Shown: positions 22,638 through 32,725, counted from the first letter of the stretch. The stretch: DNA of 45,313 nucleotides from a virus (IMGVR_UViG_3300029925_000049:1-45313); one strand, 5' to 3'. Numbers and translations: made by a program. The notes: generated from the letters alone by a model not told the origin.

Positions 22638-24537
22638 TGTCTACGGTGTAGCTGATGCGTACACTAGTATGGTGGAGGGCCGTGGTGGTCTTTCCGGTAA
22701 ATCATTAGTTAATAACCTGACAGATATTTGTTTGAGCCATTGGTTCCAAATGTCCGCAAAATTCACGTCAGATCCAGATCGCATGGATATTCATGACGAC
22801 CAAACCCATGATAAGTTTAAGCTTATTAAAATGTCACCGGGTGCTGACGTTCGTGATGCTGTCTACAAAGAACTGATCAATACATCCCAGACTATTGCCG
22901 ATAAATTAAACAAAGCTTTTGATAGCGAAGTGTTCGAAGCACGCATGAGTCGGCAAGGCGGTTCTCTGGAAATTCTTGTTGGCTTTGTAAAACATAATGG
23001 CGGCGTGTTTCAGGTCAAGGCCGAAGCGTCTGGTGCTGGCAGTATTATAAATTTGACAATGCCCAACGAGCGCGAGCTAATTCGTGCATTCTCGAAAATG
23101 ACAGACACCCCACACCCCGATGATGTCGAAGATGGCATTGAAGGCGATGGCGACACAGATGTTGGTGATATTGCTGGTGAAACTGTCCCGGAATTTGACG
23201 GCGAAAATGCTGCGGACCGCGCAGACGTGGACAGCTTTGAAGACATCCCCGATGACGGCGAAGATCCCCAAGATGGCTCCACTGGTCTGGATGATGAAGA
23301 TGAAGACGATGTTGATTCCCAAATCAAGCTGAAGGGTGAATCTTACCTGTATGAAGGTAAGTGGAAAATCCTTGATGCTGCCGGTAAAACAATCGGACGC
23401 CTTGTTGGTAGCGCAAAGAGTGTTGCCCGAAAAGCAAAAGAATTATTTGGAACGGATCGGCCCTTTACAATTGAGGGTGACGACGACGTGATAATTAGCG
23501 GAAACCCTGATCTTGATGAATCTTTCCTTGGCGAAACTACCGAATACACCGATGCGGATCGCAAAGACATCATGAAGGCCATTACGGGTTTCTGGTCTGA
23601 TGTTGAGACGTACATCAAAGACGCCCGGTTCATCAATGAAACATTTTCTGAGAGTGGGGAAGCACGTGTATATCTTCTGGAATTTACAGACAGTGAGCAC
23701 AGGCTTCGGGCAGTGACCCGCTTGGACCAGATGGGCCAAAATGTTGACGATAAGCTTGACGACGTTCTGGGTGAATTTGGACGTTCTGAATACGAATCCA
23801 ACTTTTCCAGTTCTGGTAATCAGTTTGAGGGTGAACTACGCGCTTCGCTAGGCATTCTTGACTCTGATGGCCTTGTAGAAAAATACTACGTAATGAAGTC
23901 TTTGTCTGCCCGTAAAATTCGGGTAGCGATCTACAAGCAACCTGCCTTACAGCTAATGGTCAAGACACAGACCGCAAGACCATTCGTGCCCCCGGCTGAA
24001 GATCGTATTGAAGATGCCGACGAAACATTCGACTTGGATTTTCCTACTGAACCCTTAGGCACCTCAATGACAGGCCTTGCCGCCGATGACATCACGCGCA
24101 TGCGTGAAGCCAAAGTCGAAATTAATAAAGTACAGCCCAAAGACGAAGAAGGTGACGACATCGACCCGGAAGAGGACGAAGAAGACCTTGATGAAGAAGC
24201 TGTCTCTGTTGGCGGTGGGGGAATTGCCCTACCTTCTGATGCCGTGCGCACACGTAAGACACTTGTTACTCGCTCTGGCAGAAAGAGACGAAAGAAGAAA
24301 ATAAAAAAATGTTATCACGAAAGCTCAAACCTCTTCCGTGATGTTAGTCACTACGAAGATGGTGTTTATTCAGCAGCCCGTGCTATGCAAGAACAGGCCG
24401 TTAAACGTTTCACTGTTCAATACCCAGACGAAAGAGACGGACACACGAAATCTACATCATTTGGCAGTGAAAATGAAATGCGCCGCTTTATGCAAAACAC
24501 TAAGGGTGCCATAGAAATCACCCCAGATGAGGACTAA
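22615..24537 (+). CDS. large acidic late protein (probable internal head protein)
   Basis: AAGGA SD then TTG 22615 (ORF track uses ATG 22558); D/E-rich tracts. Confidence 0.72.
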   Translation: MSLIQNPNVYGVADAYTSMVEGRGGLSGKSLVNNLTDICLSHWFQMSAKFTSDPDRMDIHDDQTHDKFKLIKMSPGADVRDAVYKELINTSQTIADKLNKAFDSEVFEARMSRQGGSLEILVGFVKHNGGVFQVKAEASGAGSIINLTMPNERELIRAFSKMTDTPHPDDVEDGIEGDGDTDVGDIAGETVPEFDGENAADRADVDSFEDIPDDGEDPQDGSTGLDDEDEDDVDSQIKLKGESYLYEGKWKILDAAGKTIGRLVGSAKSVARKAKELFGTDRPFTIEGDDDVIISGNPDLDESFLGETTEYTDADRKDIMKAITGFWSDVETYIKDARFINETFSESGEARVYLLEFTDSEHRLRAVTRLDQMGQNVDDKLDDVLGEFGRSEYESNFSSSGNQFEGELRASLGILDSDGLVEKYYVMKSLSARKIRVAIYKQPALQLMVKTQTARPFVPPAEDRIEDADETFDLDFPTEPLGTSMTGLAADDITRMREAKVEINKVQPKDEEGDDIDPEEDEEDLDEEAVSVGGGGIALPSDAVRTRKTLVTRSGRKRRKKKIKKCYHESSNLFRDVSHYEDGVYSAARAMQEQAVKRFTVQYPDERDGHTKSTSFGSENEMRRFMQNTKGAIEITPDED

Positions 24538-25057
24538 TTTTATGAAATTTTCAGAACCAAAAATGAAGGGGCTCCAAGAAGCTCTGGAATCAATGTATAC
24601 CGATCCAAACGCCATAAGCCCACAAGAAGCTTTGGATGAAGAAGTGGCTAGAGTTAAAGCTCTTGTTGAGAAGAAAAAGAAAAACCCCCGCAACCGACAG
24701 CCCGATATAATCGATAAATCCTTTGGATTTCTTGAAAAGTTTGAGGCGAAAATTAACCATGTAGGCGAAAGATTTAGAGGTAAATCAGATGACTTGCCCG
24801 GCGACTTTGGTTCTTATTACGTAGAACTTACTTCAGATAAGAAAGCATTTGCATTCAAAACTCATATTGAGAGAGAAGTTCCCGGCATAAAGGTTTTTCG
24901 TGATACTGAGTATCGTCTAGGCTTACAGGTTCAGCAAGGTGGCAAAACTCGTAAGGTTGAACAATCTATTCTTAATGCCGTGGAATCTGGTTTAATCACT
25001 ATTGACCTTTCACAAATCGAATTCAGACCCAAGCACGGTAAATACTCCAAAGGATAA
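24527..25057 (+). CDS. hypothetical late protein
   Basis: 176-aa ORF; alternative ATG 24542 after GAGG. Confidence 0.72.
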   Translation: MRTNFMKFSEPKMKGLQEALESMYTDPNAISPQEALDEEVARVKALVEKKKKNPRNRQPDIIDKSFGFLEKFEAKINHVGERFRGKSDDLPGDFGSYYVELTSDKKAFAFKTHIEREVPGIKVFRDTEYRLGLQVQQGGKTRKVEQSILNAVESGLITIDLSQIEFRPKHGKYSKG

Positions 25058-25059
25058 TT

Positions 25060-25470
25060 ATGCTTACAGCACTCACATTTCTTAGGACAGGGGCGGGTTT
25101 CCTACTCAACAATTGGAAACTAACCCTTGGCTTATTTGCATTGGGTGTGCTTTTAACCTTGACTTTAAACTACAAAGATGCTATAGTCAACTCTGTGGTT
25201 CAGGAATGTAATGCCGCATCCATTCAAGTCGATCTGAATGCGGCCCTAGCTGAACTCGCCACAGAGAAAGAATTAAGTGCATTAGTCAGGGCAGAATTAG
25301 TTTCTGCCCAAGACGATGCCGCTGAACAGGCCGCATTCCGCAATGACATCAATCGTCTGCTGAGTGTTGATAATGCCCCCCAAGAAAATGGTGAACTGTC
25401 CGAGAGATCAATCGCATTTGCGCGACTTCTCAATGAGCGGGCAAGAACCCTTCGTGATGAAAATGAATAA
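25060..25470 (+). CDS. Rz-like inner-membrane spanin
   Basis: N-terminal TM plus coiled coil, adjacent to a lipoprotein gene. Confidence 0.7.
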   Translation: MLTALTFLRTGAGFLLNNWKLTLGLFALGVLLTLTLNYKDAIVNSVVQECNAASIQVDLNAALAELATEKELSALVRAELVSAQDDAAEQAAFRNDINRLLSVDNAPQENGELSERSIAFARLLNERARTLRDENE

Positions 25471-25794
25471 ATGAAAATAATTTTACTATTGCCTTTGGTG
25501 CTAGCCTTGTCGGGGTGTGGTAGTCTCTTTGGAGATTCACCCAAAATTGACAGGGTCCGGGAAGTTCGGATCTATGAAGAAATCCCCGAAGAATACCTAA
25601 ACTGTCCTTTGCCTTCTGTCATCCCCGAAGAAATTCTAGATGCCTTGGATGAAGACCTTTACAACCGAGTAATGGTTGCTGAATACTTCACGAATAATGA
25701 AACATGTGCACAAAACATGGCCCGTATTCGTAGACTAAATGCACAATATCGTGAACTAAACCAACGTAACGAGGGACCCACAAAAAATGAGTAA
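25471..25794 (+). CDS. Rz1-like outer-membrane spanin lipoprotein
   Basis: Lipobox LALSGC, IPEEYLNCPLP, second Cys. Confidence 0.72.
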   Translation: MKIILLLPLVLALSGCGSLFGDSPKIDRVREVRIYEEIPEEYLNCPLPSVIPEEILDALDEDLYNRVMVAEYFTNNETCAQNMARIRRLNAQYRELNQRNEGPTKNE

Positions 25795-26224
25795 AAACTT
25801 TATGGATGCCTATGCAGGTATGAAAACATGCAAGCATATCGCAACCGAAAATAACCCCCATGGTGCCGCATCCGCAAATAGCCGACCAGTCGCATGGGAT
25901 TCTTCCCAACACCCCCGTGACGCGAAAGTAAACGAAGATTTTGCCACAACTGTGGGCCAAGAGACAAACATGGACAGTACGCTTTCATCCCCTCGCATGT
26001 GCATCAAAATGAAGCTGAAAGAAAACTTCCGTGGCAAGACAGCCAAAGCAATTACTCATTTTGCTAAAATCGCCCAAGGTAATTACGGCCTAAAAATCAC
26101 AGAAGCCAAACGAGACGACAAAGTCACGATGGTTCTTGTTGTGGAGGGTGATGAACAAAATATCAAGGCATTCAAATCGTCACTCCAGAAGCAGACCGCT
26201 TTGCGTGACGTCATAATTCAATAA
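25787..26224 (+). CDS. hypothetical protein
   Basis: GAGG SD, 145 aa. Confidence 0.7.
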   Translation: MSKNFMDAYAGMKTCKHIATENNPHGAASANSRPVAWDSSQHPRDAKVNEDFATTVGQETNMDSTLSSPRMCIKMKLKENFRGKTAKAITHFAKIAQGNYGLKITEAKRDDKVTMVLVVEGDEQNIKAFKSSLQKQTALRDVIIQ

Positions 26225-26292
26225 TCCCAAAACAACTCCATAAAAACAATAATAACTGGTAGGACTCTGTCCGCCGGACAGGAACCCCTTGC

Positions 26293-27486
26293 ATGACAAT
26301 TTTGATTTACACCAAAGACGGTTGTCCGTTTTGTGTGAAAGCTACAGATTTTTTAAAGAAAACTCGAAACCATTATATGTACATCGATCTAACCGATGAC
26401 GCGGAACGGCAAGAATTTTACAATAAGACCGGCACAAATTCCATGCCGCAAATTTATCAGAATGGCGAGTTAATTGGTGGTTATGATGATTTGATGAAAA
26501 TCCGTCATCAGTTTGAAGGCCCTCGAATTACCACAAAGAAAAGCGCCCCCACATATGATTATGAATGGGCTATTGAGGCCGCACGTGCCCAAAGGGATAT
26601 TTTCTGGACACCAGATGAGATTCCAGTAGAAAGTGACGTACAAGACATCCTAGTCAATTGTACGGACTCAGAGCGCCACGGAATTCTTACCGTTCTCCGT
26701 TTGTTCTCTTTATATGAAATGGAAGCATCTAATTTCTGGCTTGATCGTATTCGTCAAGCATTTCCCCGCCCCGATATTCAGATGATGGCCAGTTTATTTG
26801 GCGCAATGGAACAATCGGTACACCTTCCATTTTACAACAAAATTAATGAAGTCCTTAACGTCAATACAGACGATTTTTATCTCTCATACGTAGACGAACC
26901 TGTCCTTAAAGAACGAATGGAATTTATTGACGAAATTTTAGAAGGCGATGACCTTTTACTATCTGTTGGGATATGGACATTGATCGAAGGCGCTATTTTG
27001 TACTCTTCCTTTGCCTTCCTAAAATCATTCCAAGCCAATGGTAAAAATCTTATCACAAATATTGTGTCTGGCGTCAATTTTTCGGTGAGGGACGAATCTT
27101 TACACATGGAAGGATCGGCCATCATCTACAAAACGCTGTTGTCCGAGCTGGAGAATTCGGGACAGCTTGGTGATCACGACGAACGTGTCAAAAAGCTCCG
27201 TGCCGCGGCAATGAAAGCCCGTGAACACGAACACAAGATTGTGGACATGATCTTTGAGAAGGGAAATATTGTCGGCATCACGTCCAAGCAGCTGAAGAAT
27301 TTTGTTGATAGTCGAATTGATGAGGTTTTGGTTTTGTTGGGTCTTGAGAAGGAATTTAATGTAACCTACAATCCCATTGCAAAAACTTTTTATCAAAATA
27401 TTGGAACAAACACATTGCATGATTTTTTCTCTGTATCGGGTTCGGAATATGTTCGCGACTGGAATGAGGCTGGCTTCTCATGGTAA
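26293..27486 (+). CDS. nrdB: glutaredoxin - ribonucleotide reductase beta subunit fusion
   Basis: N-terminal YTKDGCPFC..MPQIY..IGGYDDL; R2 motifs FWTPDEI, EQSVH..FY, EGAILYSSF, RDESLH, DFF. Confidence 0.93.
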   Translation: MTILIYTKDGCPFCVKATDFLKKTRNHYMYIDLTDDAERQEFYNKTGTNSMPQIYQNGELIGGYDDLMKIRHQFEGPRITTKKSAPTYDYEWAIEAARAQRDIFWTPDEIPVESDVQDILVNCTDSERHGILTVLRLFSLYEMEASNFWLDRIRQAFPRPDIQMMASLFGAMEQSVHLPFYNKINEVLNVNTDDFYLSYVDEPVLKERMEFIDEILEGDDLLLSVGIWTLIEGAILYSSFAFLKSFQANGKNLITNIVSGVNFSVRDESLHMEGSAIIYKTLLSELENSGQLGDHDERVKKLRAAAMKAREHEHKIVDMIFEKGNIVGITSKQLKNFVDSRIDEVLVLLGLEKEFNVTYNPIAKTFYQNIGTNTLHDFFSVSGSEYVRDWNEAGFSW

Positions 27487-29177
27487 AAGACGAATTAACG
27501 ATCTATGAGCAACTCCGTGCCGAACGTGTAGAGCTTGTTAAAACAGGTGAATGTCCTGACTGGTACATCACAGCTGGATATCAAATGGTAAAGTCCCGAT
27601 ATCTACTGGACGGAGAAACCCCACGGGGGATGTACCGTCGTATTGCACGCACAGCAGCCAAACACCTACCCAACGTGCCAGATGCAGAAGAAAAATTCTT
27701 TGATCTAATGTGGAAGGGTTGGTTATCCCCCTCCACTCCAGTATTGACCAATATGGGAACAAACAAAGGTTGTCCAGTCTCATGTAGTGGAAGTTATGTC
27801 GACGATTCTGTATATGGATTCTACAGCACCCAACTTGAGACTGCCGTATTAACGAAAAACGGCTTCGGGACCAGTGGATATCTGGGAGACATCCGACCAA
27901 GGGGTTCATCAATAGCTTCGGGTAATCAGGCTTCGGGTGTCATGCCTGTAATCAAAGATTTTGTCCAACTGGCCAAGGACATCAATCAAGGTGGTCGTCG
28001 CGGCGCATGGGCTGGATATCTTCCTATTGATCATGGTGATTTTTACGAAGTTATTTCCCATTTGAACGCCGAACCGGCAGGCCTTAATATTGGTTGGATC
28101 ATCAGTGATGATTTTATTGCTCGCCTTGAGTCTGGGGATGATGAAGCAAACGCAAGATGGCAGAAAGTCATCAAAACCCGGATGATCCTTGGTAAGGGTT
28201 ATCTGGTCAAGATCGATCATGCCAATCGGGCAAATCCTCCTATGTACGAAGACCATGATTTGTCCGTAAAGGCATCGCAACTTTGTACAGAAATCTTCCT
28301 GCATTCCGATAACGAGTCGACCTATACTTGCGTTTTGTCGTCAATGAATTTGTCCAAATACGATGATTGGAAAGAAACAGAAGCCGTATTCTGGTCTACA
28401 GTTTTCTTGGACTGCGTTGCTTCGGAATTTATCGAAATCGGCAGCAAGATTCCCGGAATGGAAAAGGCCGTAAAGTTCACAGAAGAGCATAGGGCTTTGG
28501 GTTTGGGTGTTCTGGGCTTTCATACCTATATTCAGAGTAATGGAATTGCCTTTGCCGATGCAGGCTCAATCAATAAAGAAATTTTCGTGCACTTGCAGGA
28601 ATGTAGCGACCAAGCGTCATGCTGGATGGCATTGCATCTAGGTGAACCAAAATATTGTAAGGGTTACGACAGGAGGAATTCACACACCTTGGCTGTGGCT
28701 CCTACCATGAGCACTGCATTGATCTGTGGGGGCGTCTCACAGGGCATAGAGCCCGTTATTGAGGTAGTCTTTACCCAAGCCTCAGCCAGCGGTGAAGTAG
28801 AGCGTGTCAATCCTGTATTCTTACGGTTAGCCCAATATAGGGGTAACTGGGGCCGCTCCCTCATCAATGACATTATCAAAAATAACGGATCGGTCCAGCA
28901 TCTTGATTGGTTAACCGATGCTGAAAAAGAAGTCTTCAAAACAGCATTTGAAATTGATCAACACCAGATTGTAAGGCTTGCCAGTGAACGTCAACCTTAT
29001 ATTGATCAGGGACAAAGTGTAAATCTTTTCTTTTCTTCGGAAGCCGGTGAGGGTTATGTCGCCGCGGTGCACAAACATGCGATGCAGGACGATAACATCA
29101 AAAGCTTGTATTATTGCCGGTCTAAATCTGGTGTACGGGGCGCAACAGAAAGCGAATGTAGTTCCTGTGAAGGTTGA
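27480..29177 (+). CDS. nrdA: class I ribonucleotide reductase alpha subunit (short, no ATP cone)
   Basis: SPSTPVLTN, PVSC, QGGRRGA, SQLCTEI, CVLSS, LGLGVLG, AVAPT, DQGQS, SLYY, C-terminal CSSCEG. Confidence 0.95.
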   Translation: MVKDELTIYEQLRAERVELVKTGECPDWYITAGYQMVKSRYLLDGETPRGMYRRIARTAAKHLPNVPDAEEKFFDLMWKGWLSPSTPVLTNMGTNKGCPVSCSGSYVDDSVYGFYSTQLETAVLTKNGFGTSGYLGDIRPRGSSIASGNQASGVMPVIKDFVQLAKDINQGGRRGAWAGYLPIDHGDFYEVISHLNAEPAGLNIGWIISDDFIARLESGDDEANARWQKVIKTRMILGKGYLVKIDHANRANPPMYEDHDLSVKASQLCTEIFLHSDNESTYTCVLSSMNLSKYDDWKETEAVFWSTVFLDCVASEFIEIGSKIPGMEKAVKFTEEHRALGLGVLGFHTYIQSNGIAFADAGSINKEIFVHLQECSDQASCWMALHLGEPKYCKGYDRRNSHTLAVAPTMSTALICGGVSQGIEPVIEVVFTQASASGEVERVNPVFLRLAQYRGNWGRSLINDIIKNNGSVQHLDWLTDAEKEVFKTAFEIDQHQIVRLASERQPYIDQGQSVNLFFSSEAGEGYVAAVHKHAMQDDNIKSLYYCRSKSGVRGATESECSSCEG

Positions 29178-29191
29178 TCATAAATACATGT

Positions 29192-29623
29192 ATGATCAAT
29201 TGGACATATAATGGTGAAGAAGTAACGGAAATGCCCGAAGGCATGTTGGGATTCGTTTATCTCATAACAGAGCTGTCGACCGGTAAAAAATACATCGGAA
29301 AGAAGCTCGCCAAGACTATGAGGAAGCTCAAACCCCTAAAGGGTAAGAAGCGTTCCCGGCGAGTTCTGAAAGACACTGACTGGAAGAAATATTACGGCTC
29401 TTCGGAAGCTTTATGTGAAGCACTTGACAAAGATGGCCCAGAGAACTATACTAGGGAAATTCTACATTTTTGTAAGTCAAAAGGTGATATGAATTTTTTG
29501 GAAATGTACACACAAGTGCAAAGAAATGTTTTATTTGATGATACGTACTACAACAAATATATTTCAGTGAAAATACATCAAAAACACTTAGGGATTTCCC
29601 ATGAAGACCTTCCACACAGCTGA
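29192..29623 (+). CDS. GIY-YIG nuclease (core T4-like type)
   Basis: GFVYLITELSTGKKYIGKK, DWKKYYGSS, REILHFC, YYN; start revised to ATG 29192 after CATAAATA. Confidence 0.85.
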   Translation: MINWTYNGEEVTEMPEGMLGFVYLITELSTGKKYIGKKLAKTMRKLKPLKGKKRSRRVLKDTDWKKYYGSSEALCEALDKDGPENYTREILHFCKSKGDMNFLEMYTQVQRNVLFDDTYYNKYISVKIHQKHLGISHEDLPHS

Positions 29624-30116
29624 CCAATTCACACACGAAATAGAAATCGCAGCACAAGACGTGTCTATGGACAAAATAGAGTTGAAATTCATCGGAAAAG
29701 ATGATAAGATCACTCTATATCAAATGTGCAGTAAAGGTTCTGGAAATTACTTGTTTGGGTTTGATCCTAACGAAACCGGGAACCCCGAACACCTATTACA
29801 CAAAGATGGTGCCGTGATATTCACAGCCCAAATTCACCCCGGCGAAGATATGGATTTGATAGAGCAAGAATTGCGCCCCAATGGGTCACCTTTTGTCACT
29901 GTATATATGCCCGTGACAAAAAAGTCTTACGCACGACAGGGTATCGCCACAACGGCCTATAAAATGCTAACCGACCATTACAATATCGTTTCGTCTTCTC
30001 AGCAATCAGACCACGCATCTGCCATGTGGGAAAATAAAATATGTAGTGTGGTTAAATACATGTACTCGGCGCATGGACACTCTATTGCTACGAGCAAGAA
30101 ACTTAAGGAAATATAA
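29601..30116 (+). CDS. GNAT-like protein
   Basis: YARQGIATTAY (acetyl-CoA motif A-like), SSSQQSDHASAMW. Confidence 0.55.
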   Translation: MKTFHTADQFTHEIEIAAQDVSMDKIELKFIGKDDKITLYQMCSKGSGNYLFGFDPNETGNPEHLLHKDGAVIFTAQIHPGEDMDLIEQELRPNGSPFVTVYMPVTKKSYARQGIATTAYKMLTDHYNIVSSSQQSDHASAMWENKICSVVKYMYSAHGHSIATSKKLKEI

Positions 30117-30117
30117 T

Positions 30118-30957
30118 ATGATTTTAGTGGACTTCGGCGGCTTACTTCATCAGAATGTTTGTGCCCAAGATTTAGTGCATCCATCCGAGCACGAATTACG
30201 CCATATAATTCTCGCTTCACTTCGAGAAATCAACATCAAGTATCGAAACGAATATGGTCGAATGGTGATTTGTTGTGACAGTCATTCATGGCGCTATAAT
30301 GTATTTGCCGAGTACAAGGCAGCCCGTCCAGCCCTTAAGGTTGATGACGGCAGGGACTGGGGTGTGATCTGGAAACACACCAACAAAGTTCTGGACGAAA
30401 TACGTGAACACCTGCCATGGAAAGTCATGCTTGTGGATCGCGCCGAAGCTGATGACATTATTGGAGCCTTGTGTTTCAACGTACGCGATGAACCTATCAT
30501 GATTGTATCACGTGACAAAGATTTTATCCAATTACATGTGTTCAAGAACGTTAAGCAGTACGACACAGTCACGAAGAAGTTTGTTGGAGTCGATGATCCC
30601 ATCAATTACGCCTTCACCCACGTATTCAAAGGTGACAGGGGTGATGGAATTCCCAACATCTATTCTGACGACGATCATCTGGTAAAAAATGAAGCCCGTC
30701 AAAAATCTGTTCGAAAAACCGATATTGTGGAGTGGATGAAGACTATTCATGATCCTGAGAAGACTTTTTCGGGTAAAATGCTGGAACATTACCGCCGAAA
30801 CTATCAATTGATCAGTCTTAGCGCCACACCCGACGATATCAAGGCACAAATCAAAGAACAATTTGAAGAGCCACCCATACCCCCAAACGGCACGGTATTG
30901 CAATATTTTATGGATAAAGATGTGAATTTCGTCGATCTTGTCCAAGATTTCAACTAA
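30118..30957 (+). CDS. rnh: T4 RNase H (5'-3' exonuclease)
   Basis: MILVD, CCDSHSWR, YKAAR, EADDIIG, VSRDKDFIQL, GDRGDGIPN, RNYQLI. Confidence 0.93.
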   Translation: MILVDFGGLLHQNVCAQDLVHPSEHELRHIILASLREINIKYRNEYGRMVICCDSHSWRYNVFAEYKAARPALKVDDGRDWGVIWKHTNKVLDEIREHLPWKVMLVDRAEADDIIGALCFNVRDEPIMIVSRDKDFIQLHVFKNVKQYDTVTKKFVGVDDPINYAFTHVFKGDRGDGIPNIYSDDDHLVKNEARQKSVRKTDIVEWMKTIHDPEKTFSGKMLEHYRRNYQLISLSATPDDIKAQIKEQFEEPPIPPNGTVLQYFMDKDVNFVDLVQDFN

Positions 30958-30969
30958 AAGGAAAAATTA

Positions 30970-31386
30970 ATGCTTAATCAACACGTGGTTGCCACAGAAA
31001 TCTTTGAAGTTCTCGAAAGGGTCGGGGAAGCCGCCACTGAAGCCGAACAAGTCAACATCCTACGGATAAATGACACCCCAGCTCTCAGAACAGTGCTTAA
31101 ATACGCATATGACCCCATGCAGGTCTTTGATCTGCCCGATGATATGTCATATATCCCATCCAGCGAATTTTCAACACCATCAAGCCTTCGCCGGGAATAC
31201 AAGCAGCTTCAATACTGTGATGTGAACAGCACCCTAAAACCCGGACGAAAAGTTGGAATTTTCAAAAATATTCTTGAAGGTGTACACCCCAAAGACGCCA
31301 TACTGCTAATGCAAGTGATTAACAAAGAAATTTTACACAATATTGACAGTAAAACCGTCATTTCGGCTTTCCCAAAACTGTTCTAA
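30970..31386 (+). CDS. conserved T4-like hypothetical protein found downstream of rnh
   Basis: ALRTVLKYAYD..FDLP..LEGVHPKDA..FPKL. Confidence 0.8.
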   Translation: MLNQHVVATEIFEVLERVGEAATEAEQVNILRINDTPALRTVLKYAYDPMQVFDLPDDMSYIPSSEFSTPSSLRREYKQLQYCDVNSTLKPGRKVGIFKNILEGVHPKDAILLMQVINKEILHNIDSKTVISAFPKLF

Positions 31387-31484
31387 GCCTAAATAGTCGT
31401 ATGGTAAGCTTCTCTGAAACTCAAAACAATACTCGACAATTAACCCTTCGGGGCATTGTTGTATTTTTATTTGGAGAATTTCAT

Positions 31485-31658
31485 ATGTTACATCCTACTC
31501 AAATTAAGAGAATAAAAGAAGACATCAATAATCTGCGTCATGCCGCAATTAGGTTTGATAAGAAGATGCAACCGCTCAAGGCGGCACAATGTCGAGCCAA
31601 GGTCGAATATATGCGAACCGACCTTGAAGAATTTGACGAGATTATGCGAACTATCTAG
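31485..31658 (+). CDS. small hypothetical protein (57 aa)
   Basis: GGAG SD then ATG 31485; enclosed by a 14-bp inverted repeat. Confidence 0.7.
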   Translation: MLHPTQIKRIKEDINNLRHAAIRFDKKMQPLKAAQCRAKVEYMRTDLEEFDEIMRTI

Positions 31659-31724
31659 GGTAGTTCGGCCCTTCTAACTCATAATGCACGAAGCTTACCA
31701 TGCTTTCGAAATACAGGAAATACA

Positions 31725-31961
31725 ATGCCGATTTATACTTTTACGAATAAAAAAACTGGTGAAATGAAAGACCACATTATTCCTAGTTCTAAGTACGACG
31801 AACTTGAAGAAGAATTAGGCGAAGACTGGTCGCGCGTATTCAAACCCCTTGCTATAGTCAGTCAAAGCGGGTCGACCGTAGCGAAGACCTCCGATGGCTG
31901 GAAAGAAGTCCTAAAGAGCGTTGATAAACAATCTCCGGGCAACAATAGTGTCAATATTTAA
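31725..31961 (+). CDS. FmdB-like protein lacking the Zn cysteines
   Basis: MPIYTFTNKKTGE...SDGWKEVL. Confidence 0.72.
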   Translation: MPIYTFTNKKTGEMKDHIIPSSKYDELEEELGEDWSRVFKPLAIVSQSGSTVAKTSDGWKEVLKSVDKQSPGNNSVNI

Positions 31962-31974
31962 ATTCTAAGGAAAA

Positions 31975-32706
31975 ATGGCTAAGAAAATCCAAAAGGCTAC
32001 GCGCTCTCGCAAGGCTTCTAAGATCACGATAAAAGATATGGTGAAATTAAAGGCTCTTGGTGATGCACAAGACGAAGCAATCAAATATTATGACAATGGT
32101 GATAACTTAGTTCTTACGGGTTCTGCCGGTACAGGCAAAACCTTTTTAGCAATCGCAAAGGCACTTGAGGAAGTGCTTGATCCAGACACAGAATATAAAA
32201 GTGTCCTGATTATCCGATCTATTGTCCCCTGTCGGAACATTGGATTTTTGCCGGGTACAGAAGAAGAAAAACTTGAGGTCTACACAAGACCTTATCAGGA
32301 TATTGTAAGGAAATTATTTAAAGTTTCTAACGCTTGGACTCGATTGACAGATGATGGAATAATTCGATTTGACTCTACTTCGTTCGTGCGGGGACAAACT
32401 TGGGATCGCACAATCGTAGTTGTTGATGAGGTACAGAATCTCAATTTTCATGAATGCGATTCGGTTATCACGCGTATGGGTACGGATTGCCGCATCATTT
32501 TTGCGGGTGATTACTACCAGTCAGATTTCGAGAAGCAGAAGGATAAAAGTGGACTTTTACATTTCATGAAAATCCTTGAAAATATGCATAATTTTTCAAC
32601 CGTTGCATTTACTTGGAAAGACATTGTGAGATCGGGAACCGTTCGCGAATTCATCATGACTAAAGAGAAAATGATAAAAGACGGCACACTGCCTCCTGAT
32701 CTTTGA
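31975..32706 (+). CDS. phoH: PhoH-like ATPase
   Basis: GSAGTGKT, IGFLPG, FVRGQT, VVDEVQN, ITRMG, GDYYQSD, DIVRS. Confidence 0.95.
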   Translation: MAKKIQKATRSRKASKITIKDMVKLKALGDAQDEAIKYYDNGDNLVLTGSAGTGKTFLAIAKALEEVLDPDTEYKSVLIIRSIVPCRNIGFLPGTEEEKLEVYTRPYQDIVRKLFKVSNAWTRLTDDGIIRFDSTSFVRGQTWDRTIVVVDEVQNLNFHECDSVITRMGTDCRIIFAGDYYQSDFEKQKDKSGLLHFMKILENMHNFSTVAFTWKDIVRSGTVREFIMTKEKMIKDGTLPPDL

Positions 32707-32725
32707 CGCCCACATAAGGAATATT

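Noticed and set aside
26293-29177. Intron or intein in nrdA/nrdB
   Set aside because: Both ORFs are continuous, of compact length and without splicing motifs.
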